Assembly: GCA_965217865.1 (NCBI GenBank)
Contig: CBDCJO010000002.1
Span: 160,001-224,000, forward strand
Length of the DNA: 64,000 nt
DNA from: Candidatus Latescibacterota bacterium
GTDB lineage: Bacteria > Latescibacterota > UBA2968 > SICM01
Reading direction: 5' to 3'
Below the pieces are notes generated by a model. That model did no database searches. It saw nothing but the letters and a program-made list of their open reading frames with translations, and was not told the DNA's origin. This document shows, one piece after another, positions 1 to 7,931 of this stretch. Made by a program: the position numbers and the translations under genes. The first letter of the stretch is position 1. Every line of letters starts with the position of its first letter.

Positions 1-523
1 CCATCTACGATCATAGCTTTACGGACCAGGTGCTTTGGGGTGAGATCGAGTTGGACGAGGCGATGTATGGAGGTCATCATAAGGGTAAGCGTGGATGGGG
101 AGCAGCCGGAAAACACTTGGTTTTCGGGCTTTATCAGAGGAACGGAAAAGTCCTCACCTTTCCCATTCCGGATCGAAGTCGAAACACCCTTACACCGCTT
201 GTGACCTCACACACCAAAGCAGGCAGTCTATACTACACCGATGACTGGCACGCCTACACTTGGCTGTCAGTCAAAGGTGACCACGTGGTTGTTCGAAAAG
301 AAGAAGGGGTGCCCAAAGGCAAAGGCCGACATCACATCAATGGCATCGAAGGCTTCTGGAGTTTTTCTAAAAATTGGCTATATCAATACAGAGGAATCCC
401 TCGACATCATTTCCATTTATACCTGAAGGAAACAGAGTTCAGATTCAACCAGGAAAACGAGGATCTCTTCCCAATTATTGCTTCATATCTGGTGAATCTG
501 GTACCAATATCTTCCTAATTACC
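1..523 (+). mobile_element. IS1595-family transposase, 3' part with right end
   Basis: ORF 30..518 has ELDE, YTDDW and HINGIEGFWS...YLKETEFRFN (ISXO2-like DDE motifs). Its end ...CTTCCTAATTACC recurs inverted at 30857. Confidence 0.85.
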
Positions 524-670
524 TAAATTAATTGCAGCACCGGCACCCCCGCAAAATGGTTCAATATACGTGCCATCAAGAAGACCATTGACTTCGATCA
601 ATTTGGCTAGGAAGTTAGATAGAACTGATTTCCCACCAGGGTATCGTAGCGGAGTATTGGATTTACCCAT
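524..670 (-). pseudogene. Dam-like (D12 class) DNA adenine methyltransferase, N-terminal fragment truncated by IS1595
   Basis: Manual translation from ATG 670: MGKSNTPLRYPGGKSVLSNFLAKLIEVNGLLDGTYIEPFCGGAGAAINL (PLRYPGGK and YIEPFxGG motif I). Confidence 0.85.
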
Positions 671-680
671 AACAATTTGG

Positions 681-1500
681 TCAATTAACCTCTGGTTCGA
701 TTAAAATGATCTCAAAAAGGGGCGCCAACTGCCCCCAGAATCTTCGTAGCGACTCTTCTGTCGGCATAAAGTGTTCATTATGTGCGAATAAATTAAGGGT
801 ATCTAATGAGAATAATTTTTCATTTTCTTTTAATAGTTTGTTTAGAGCTTGAATCACTTTTGGATTACCAATAATAGAGTTTTCAGAATTTACAACATAT
901 GAAAGCATTTGTTTATGAGTAGGATTGAAGGTCTTGGGAAAGGTTTGTCCCTTTTTTTCAGCCTTCTTTTTTGCTGCTTCAATCATCTTATCCAGATGTC
1001 CTGTACGATTGAGGTAATAGCTCAGCGACATTTCAAGAAGCCCCCTGAGCAATATCGCGGTCGCATTGGGATATTGCGCCACAGGAAGTTTCTTCAATTC
1101 ATCAAAAATGTAATTAATCCTCTGATTACTTAAATCGCAAGAAAAATCAGATGGCACAATACCACGAGGTTTCGTTTTTCGCCTCGGCTTTCTTTGTGGT
1201 TCTCTTGTGGCTATTTCTTGGGATTTGTAAGCAGTTGATGTCATTAGAGTGGCTGGTGTAAAATGGCCCTTCTTTTTAAGATTGGGTTTTTCATTTACTT
1301 TGAACTTTTTTAAATAATTTGGAATGTCTTGTCTTTTGTATATATCTCTTGATTTTATTGTCCCGGTTGCTATGTCAACAACAATCTTTTTGAATCCTTT
1401 CTTAAATTCTTTAACATCAACTTTACCAACAAAGCCATCGCCGTTATCAAAAGTGATACCTAAGAACTCTCTAACAAGTGGGCTGGCCCTCGACGCTAGA
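681..1500 (-). pseudogene. C-terminal part of an AT-rich protein with a HEPN-like tail, upstream of the Dam-like gene; 5' end lost
   Basis: YPNATAILLRGLLE...LNLFAHN pattern. Abrupt GC change at ~1500 shows the ORF's N-terminal part is a chimeric read-through. Confidence 0.55.
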
Positions 1501-1760
1501 CTGAGGAAGCTCCGCGACGAACCCAGGACAGGCGGTAACCGAGGGGAAACGGTGTCGAGTTTCGTCTCTTTTTGGGTGGGACCCATATCGTCCCGATCAC
1601 CTGAGGAGAGCGATTGTCCGCAGGCATCGGGCAGTGTCCTGAAACTTGGCCAGGATGCACCGGCAAACTGAAGTGATAGAGGCTGCGAGTGGGATATCCC
1701 TTGTTCCACGCGCCGCCGATGTCGATCGTCGGCCACGGTCCATCGACTTCAGCCGCCACT

Positions 1761-1985
1761 GCCGTCTCCGAGTCATTCTTCAAAACCTTGAAGACCGAAT
1801 GGCTGTATCACGTCGACTTGATCGACCTCGATCATGCAGAGCGCGAACTCTTCGAGTACATCGAAATGTTTTACAACAATCAGCGGCTGCACGCTTACCT
1901 GGACTATGTGTCCCCGGCCCTTTTTGAACGCCTATCGCTGCAGAAAGCGGCTTAAACCACTGTCCACTTTCCCCGGGGCATATCA
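1761..1985 (+). mobile_element. IS3-family fragment (orfB C-terminus plus right end), copy 1
   Basis: SESFFKTLKTE...YIEMFYNNQRLH. Ends ...GGGGCATATCA. Near-identical to 25112..25412 and 58728..59030. Confidence 0.85.
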
Positions 1986-2390
1986 GCCAGCCGCCGAAAG
2001 GTCGTAGCCGCTGGACGCTGGAGTTGCTCGCCGACAAGCTGGTTGAACTCAACATCGTCGGGAGCATCTCCTATCGGACCGTGCAACGGGCGCTCAAAAA
2101 AACGAACTCAAGCCCCATCTGAAAACGTGCTGGGTGATTCCGCCCAGGGAAAACGCCGCATTCGTAGCTTGCATGGAGAATCTTCTGGATCTGTATCACC
2201 GGCCCTATGATCCGGAAAGGCCGCTTTTGGCCATGGACGAACACCCCGTGCAGTTGATCGGAGAGACACGCATCCCGGTCCCGGAAAAACCGGGGCATCC
2301 CCGACGTTACGACTATGAGTATGAGCGTAACGGCACAGCCGCGAACTTCTTGTTCCTCGAGCCCCTGACCGGACGTCGGAAGGCGAGATC
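1986..2390 (+). mobile_element. IS630-family transposase fragment
   Basis: RWTLELLADKLV, slippery AAAAAAAC at ~2096, then FVACMENLLDLYHRPYDP...MDE...RRYDYEYERNGT. Confidence 0.8.
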
Positions 2391-2939
2391 GTTCAGTTAT
2401 GAGATACCTGTACAAGATCTGGAGCGGCTAGGACGGTTTTACTCCCAGCCAGATCCCCGCCCGTAAGCGTGAGCGTCGCGATCAACTTCTGAGAATGGAG
2501 TTTCGCGCCTTCCTCGGCACGAACTCGATCACCTCCGGCGAGAGCCGACTGGGCCGCTTCGCCGAACTATCGGTAGGCTCCAGCGGCGCGATTCGTGATG
2601 GCGCACATGGTTGCCACGGGTAGCGGAAAAATCGTTAATGTTTGGGCATTCGCCGCGCCAATGGATTGGCCGGTTCACTCCCGAAGACTTTCCTGGGCTC
2701 TTCTGACATTGCCATGTTCCACTACCGAATCCATGGTGGCGGTTTTTAACCTGGAATGCCAACAAGGGAGTGTTCGAGTAATTGTCCTGGGCCTTGAGCA
2801 GATCTTTCTTATCCTCTCAAAGGGGCGTCAGCACAGTCGTCTGTGGTCGGTTTGGGATTCTCATGGAATATCATTATTCTTCTAAAGAATAGCTCCAAAA
2901 CAAAGAATCAAAAAGTAAAAATAGGAACTAAATGTTCTG

Positions 2940-3028
2940 TCGTATCGTCTTCCCGGTTGCCGAACCCACGTAGCGGGTTGCCGAAGGCCAAGGCGTGCAC
3001 GCGCCGCAGTGGCAACCGGTTGTTACAC
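2940..3028 (-). other. degenerate attC-like site
   Basis: Minus strand GTGTAAC-AACCGGTTGCC...GGCCTTCGGCAACCCGCTACGTGGGTTCGGCAACCGG-GAAGAC-GATACGA. Core shared with the attC at 38178; R' GTT is mutated. Confidence 0.55.
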
Positions 3029-3123
3029 GACGTTGTTGTTAAGCGGCTAAAGGTTGGTCTGTTGGTTGCAGAGTTGGCTCTGATACAGGAAACCGATAAT
3101 GGTCTCCAGCCGCCCACATGTGG

Positions 3124-3397
3124 TCATCGTCTTTCCGTCGAATAGAGTATCAGGTCAATGTCCCTCCCGTGGATCCTGTCGGCCTTTTGGAGCAGCTTTT
3201 CCCGAGTAAACCCGAGACGCTCGAGCAATAGGGCGCTACGGGTGTTACCAACAGCCACGCAGGCCACGACCCTCTTGCGATCGAGCACATCGAAAGCATA
3301 GGCGATCAGGCGACGACCGCAGATGGCCGCGATCCACCTGCCCTGATACGCCGCACCGACCCAGGATTCGAGTTCGATCGCGTGCGGCTGGTCCGCC
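3124..3397 (-). pseudogene. RimJ/RimL-type GNAT acetyltransferase, C-terminal fragment
   Basis: WVGAAYQGR...YAFDVLDRKRV...GNTRSALLLERLGFTRE. Confidence 0.7.
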
Positions 3398-3500
3398 ACA
3401 GGTTGCCTGCGCCGGTCTTCTTGAGTAGTTCATCGCCCATTGCCAGGTCGGGGTTCATCTTGGTGGGAAGCACGGTCAGGCCCAGGTGTTTGCCATTTGC
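3398..3500 (-). pseudogene. fragment of a type III Mod-like DNA methyltransferase
   Basis: LTVLPTKMNPDLAMGDELLKKTGAGNL, recognised from that family. Confidence 0.55.
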
Positions 3501-3574
3501 CAAGGCGACCGGGCGAATCGTCACAAGTGAGCCATGATGGGCACTTACGGGGCCGGGAACAAGCACTGGAATCG

Positions 3575-3840
3575 CTCGGCTGGCCTTCACCCGTGTCACG
3601 GCGTACAATGCTGCGCATCGCGGCGTTGGCCTCCAGTGTCGTAGCATCCACGCCCAACGTCTTCCCCTTCACCAGACCCGCTTTGCACAAGACCCTCAGG
3701 ATCCACTTGAAAACCGCTTCGTGAACTTCCAAGGGAAGCCGATGCCGGATGCGAGACAGGCTGGAATGATCCGGGGTCTGTTCGTCAAGGGCATACCCCA
3801 AAAACCGGCGCAACGTCAGCGAGTCAGATACACGCCATTC
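3575..3840 (-). mobile_element. IS1182/IS5-like transposase internal fragment
   Basis: EWRVSDSLTLRRFLGY...TPDHSSLSRIR...GVDATTLEANAA. Overlaps in identical sequence with 39271..39379. Confidence 0.8.
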
Positions 3841-4155
3841 AGGGTGATTGTGCACTTGACAAAATAGGGCTTGGCAGTTCTTGTGTGTTTCGTTACACTT
3901 TATGGTTTTGACCTCCACTTGGATTTTGTCTCCCATAATGATGCATTGCGATCAGAGGCCCCGTGATCGAGAACACAGAGCTCACACACTAAACATCTTG
4001 CGTCATTTTGCGCGAGATGATGTTCCTTACCCTTCGAACTTGACTCCCGACGATATATACCGGGTCCTCCCTGGCGAAGACCCGGCGGCAGCCTGGAACT
4101 GCTCGCGCGGCGCCGACGTGTCACGCCGCGGGCGCCAAGGACCTATCATCCGCAT

Positions 4156-6153
4156 ATGAGTAACAGCGACCTGCACTGGATCGCGAACTATATCTGGGGG
4201 ATCGCCGACGACGTCCTCCGAGACCTCTACGTCCGCGGCAAGTACCGGGACGTCATCCTGCCGATGACGGTGCTGCGCCGGCTGGACGCGGTGCTGGTGG
4301 ATAGCAAGCCGAACGTGCTTGAGATGAAGGCAGTGCTCGACCAGACCGGCGTCGTCGAGCAGGACGCGGCCCTCCGGCAAGCGGCGGGACAGGCCTTCTA
4401 CAACACCTCGACGTTCACCCTGCGCGACCTCCGGGCCCGCGCTAGCCGGCAGCAGCTCAGGGCCGACTTCGAGGCCTACCTCGACGGCTTCTCGCCCAAC
4501 GTACAGGACATTCTCGAGAACTTTGAGTTCCGCAACCAGATCCCGCGGCTCTCGAAGGCCGACGCCCTGGGTACGCTCATCGAGAAGCTCACCTCGCCGG
4601 ACGTCAACCTCAGCCCAACCCCGGTGAAGCACGCTGACGGCTCGGTCCGGTATCCCGGCCTCGACAACCACGGTATGGGCTCGATCTTCGAGGAGTTGGT
4701 CCGCCGCTTCAACGAGGAGAACAACGAGGAGGCGGGCGAGCACTGGACGCCGCGCGACGCCGTGCGGCTGATGGCGAAGCTCGTCTTTCTCCCCGTCGCC
4801 GACGATCTCAAGTCTGGCACCTACCTGCTCTATGACGGCGCCTGCGGCACCGGCGGGATACTCACCGTCGCCGAGGAGACGCTGGGCCAGCTCGCGGCCG
4901 AGCGCGGCAAGGACGTCTCGATGCACCTGTTCGGCCAGGAGATCAACGCCGAGACCTACGCCATCTGCACGGCCGACCTGCTGCTCAAGGGCGAGGGCGA
5001 GGCGGCCGACAATATCGTCGGCGGCCCTGAGCACTCCACCCTCGCCAACGACGCCTTCCCGTCCCGCGAGTTCGACTTCATGCTCTCCAACCCGCCCTAC
5101 GGCAAGAACTGGAAGACCGACCTGGAGCGCATGGGCGGCAAGAAGGCTATGCGCGACCCGCGCTTAGTTATCGAGTACGCCGGCGATCCCGAGTACTCCC
5201 TGGTCACCCGCTCCAGCGACGGTCAGATGCTTTTCCTCGTCAACAAGCTCTCGAAGATGAAGCAGGACACGCCGCTCGGCAGCCGCATCGCCGAGGTGCA
5301 CAACGGCAGTTCGCTGTTCACCGGCGATGCTGGCCAGGGCGAGAGCAACATCCGCCGCTGGATCATCGAGAACGACTGGCTGGAGGCGATCGTCGCCCTG
5401 CCGCTCAACATGTTCTACAACACCGGCATCGCCACCTACATCTGGGTGCTTACTAACCGCAAGCCCGAGCACCGCAAGGGCAGGGTGCAGTTGATCGACG
5501 CCACGAAGTGGTACCGGCCGCTCCGCAAGAACCTGGGCAAGAAGAACTGCGAACTCGGCGAGGACGACATCGCCCGCATCTGCAACGCCTTCCTCGCTTT
5601 CGAGGAAACCGAGGATAGCCGCATCTTCGACAACGCCGCGTTCGGCTACTGGAAGGTGACGGTCGAACGGCCGTTGCGCATCGAGGCCGCCGACCCGAAC
5701 CGCGTCTACACGGCGGCAGAGATCAAGGCGCTGAAGGAGACTGGCAAGCGCAGCGAGGATGCGCCGCCGGTCCTCCGGAAGATCCACAAGCGCGGTACGA
5801 AGGCCGACCCGCTGCGCGGCCTGTTCGCTACCAACGTCAACGGCCGGCCGGCTGTCGTGGAGTACGAGCCGGATACCGACCTGCGCGACACCGAGCAGAT
5901 CCCGTTGCAGGAAGACGGCGGCATTGAGGCGTTCCTGCGCCGCGAGGTCCTGCCGTACGCGGCCGGCGCCTGGTACCAGGCGGGCAGTGTGAAGGTCGGC
6001 TACGAGATCAGCTTTACGCGCTACTTCTACAAGCCGAAGCCGATGCGGACGCTGGCAGAGATTCGGGCGGATATTCTGGCGCTGGAGCAGGAGACGGAAG
6101 GGCTGCTGGCCGAGATTCTCGGCGGCGGCGAACAGCGGGAGACGACTGCATGA
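4156..6153 (+). CDS. hsdM: type I R-M methyltransferase subunit M
   Basis: GEHWTPR, YDGACGTGG (motif I), NPPY (motif IV); 665 aa. Confidence 0.95.
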   Translation: MSNSDLHWIANYIWGIADDVLRDLYVRGKYRDVILPMTVLRRLDAVLVDSKPNVLEMKAVLDQTGVVEQDAALRQAAGQAFYNTSTFTLRDLRARASRQQLRADFEAYLDGFSPNVQDILENFEFRNQIPRLSKADALGTLIEKLTSPDVNLSPTPVKHADGSVRYPGLDNHGMGSIFEELVRRFNEENNEEAGEHWTPRDAVRLMAKLVFLPVADDLKSGTYLLYDGACGTGGILTVAEETLGQLAAERGKDVSMHLFGQEINAETYAICTADLLLKGEGEAADNIVGGPEHSTLANDAFPSREFDFMLSNPPYGKNWKTDLERMGGKKAMRDPRLVIEYAGDPEYSLVTRSSDGQMLFLVNKLSKMKQDTPLGSRIAEVHNGSSLFTGDAGQGESNIRRWIIENDWLEAIVALPLNMFYNTGIATYIWVLTNRKPEHRKGRVQLIDATKWYRPLRKNLGKKNCELGEDDIARICNAFLAFEETEDSRIFDNAAFGYWKVTVERPLRIEAADPNRVYTAAEIKALKETGKRSEDAPPVLRKIHKRGTKADPLRGLFATNVNGRPAVVEYEPDTDLRDTEQIPLQEDGGIEAFLRREVLPYAAGAWYQAGSVKVGYEISFTRYFYKPKPMRTLAEIRADILALEQETEGLLAEILGGGEQRETTA

Positions 6154-6362
6154 CTGAGATCATCTTCGAAATCACCGAAGACGAAGCGGACGGCGGGTAT
6201 TCGGCAAGCGCGCTCGGGTACGGCATTCACACCCAGGGCGAGTCTGTCGAGGAGATCCGCAGCAACGTCAAGGAAGCCGTCGACTGCTACTTCGACGACA
6301 CCATGCCGCGACCGAAGTTGATCCGGTTGCACTTCGTGCGGGACGAGGTTCTCGTGGCATGA
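6150..6362 (+). CDS. hicB: HicB-like antitoxin
   Basis: 70 aa, GGYSASA..GIHTQGESVEEIRSNVKEAV; ATGA overlaps with both neighbours. Confidence 0.8.
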   Translation: MTEIIFEITEDEADGGYSASALGYGIHTQGESVEEIRSNVKEAVDCYFDDTMPRPKLIRLHFVRDEVLVA

Positions 6363-6601
6363 AGTTGCCCCGCAACGTGAGCGGCGCGACGCTGCAAGCG
6401 TCGCTTCGACGTCTGGGGTACGACACCGTGCGACAGCGAGGCTCCCACGTGCGGATCACGACGCAGATCAACGGTGAACATCATGAGGTGATCCCGCTGC
6501 ACACTCCGATCAGGACGAAGACGCTGTCGAGCATCCTGAAGAGCGTTGCCCGGCACCACGAAATGACCGTCGAGGAGCTTCTCCGTGAACTCGACCTGTG
6601 A
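6359..6601 (+). CDS. hicA: HicA-family toxin (mRNA interferase)
   Basis: 80 aa, LRRLGY..VRQRGSHVRI...IPLH..I..KTL..IL. Confidence 0.88.
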   Translation: MKLPRNVSGATLQASLRRLGYDTVRQRGSHVRITTQINGEHHEVIPLHTPIRTKTLSSILKSVARHHEMTVEELLRELDL

Positions 6602-7931
6602 ACTCGGCCGCCACGCGGCACGCGCACTCAAGCCGTACCCGGACTACAAGGACTCCGGAGTACCGTGGCTTGGAGAGGTGCCGAAGCATTGGGAGGTGCG
6701 GAGACTCAAGAGCTGGTTGGACGTCAATGAATTCGTCCTGTCGGAAGACACTGATCCAGAGTACACATTTGAGTACCTGGACATCGGGTCAGTTGCGACT
6801 GGCCGATTGACCGCAAAGCCCGAACGGATTCGATTCGGAAACTCACCGTCTCGGGCAAGGCGTGTCGTCAGGCCCGGCGATACGATCGTTTCGACGGTGA
6901 GGACCTATCTGAAAGCTGTCTGGCACGCGGAACACCAGGGTGATGATCTAGTCGCGTCAACCGGTTTTGCAGTGCTGACGCCGCGACGCGGCACGTTCCC
7001 GAGGTTCGTGAGCTATTTCTGCCAGAGTGATCCGTTCACAAACCGCGTTACGGCAGAGGCAGTGGGTATCGCATATCCAGCGATTGCCGAGACAAGGCTG
7101 GGAACGTTCGAGGTCTGCATTCCGCCCTATCCCGAACAAGCCGCCATCGTCCGCTTCCTCGACCACGCCGCGTATAGGCCCTCGGGCATCGAATGGTTGG
7201 GTGAGGTGCCGGAGCACTGGGAGGTGCGGCGGGTGAAGAGCTTGTCGCTAGTTAAGCGCGGTGCATCACCCAGGCCCATTGCCGACCCGAATTACTTCGA
7301 TGGCTATGGTGAGTACGCGTGGGTGCGCATCGCCGACGTTACAGCCAGCAGTCGCTATCTTGAGCGAACCACACAGCGGCTCTCCGTGCTCGGGCAGTCG
7401 CTGAGCGTGCCGCTCGAACCAGGCGCACTGTTCCTGAGCATCGCTGGCTCGGTTGGGAAACCGATAATCACCCGCATCAAGTGCTGTATCCACGACGGGT
7501 TCGTATACTTCCCACAGTTCACCGGTGACGTTGAGTTTCTCTGTCGAATTTTCGCGTCTGGCGCTCCCTTCGCTCGGCTTGGAAAGCTTGGAACCCAGCT
7601 TAATCTCAACACAGACACCGTCGGTAATATCTCGCTGGGCTGGCCCCCCTCTAAGGAACAAGCCGCCATCGTGTCCTTCCTGGATCGCACCACCGCAGCC
7701 CTCGATGCGGCGACCACGTCAGCTCAACGAGAAACCTCACTTCTCCGCGAATACCACACCCGCCTCATCGCCGACGTGGTCACTGGGAAGCTCGATGTGC
7801 GCGAGGCGGCGGTGGGGCTACCGGACGAGGTCAAGGAGCCGGAGCCCTTCGACGAAACCAGCGCCTTGATCGACGGCGAGGAAGAGCCCTCCGACGATCT
7901 CGACGCTGTGCCCGAGGAGGCTGCGGTGTGA
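6585..7931 (+). CDS. hsdS: type I R-M specificity subunit S (central conserved region shortened; start uncertain)
   Basis: Two YKxSGxxWLGEVPxHWEV and PPxxEQAAIVxFLD repeats flanking two lower-GC TRDs; C-terminal LIADVVTGKLDVRE. Confidence 0.9.
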   Translation: MNSTCELGRHAARALKPYPDYKDSGVPWLGEVPKHWEVRRLKSWLDVNEFVLSEDTDPEYTFEYLDIGSVATGRLTAKPERIRFGNSPSRARRVVRPGDTIVSTVRTYLKAVWHAEHQGDDLVASTGFAVLTPRRGTFPRFVSYFCQSDPFTNRVTAEAVGIAYPAIAETRLGTFEVCIPPYPEQAAIVRFLDHAAYRPSGIEWLGEVPEHWEVRRVKSLSLVKRGASPRPIADPNYFDGYGEYAWVRIADVTASSRYLERTTQRLSVLGQSLSVPLEPGALFLSIAGSVGKPIITRIKCCIHDGFVYFPQFTGDVEFLCRIFASGAPFARLGKLGTQLNLNTDTVGNISLGWPPSKEQAAIVSFLDRTTAALDAATTSAQRETSLLREYHTRLIADVVTGKLDVREAAVGLPDEVKEPEPFDETSALIDGEEEPSDDLDAVPEEAAV

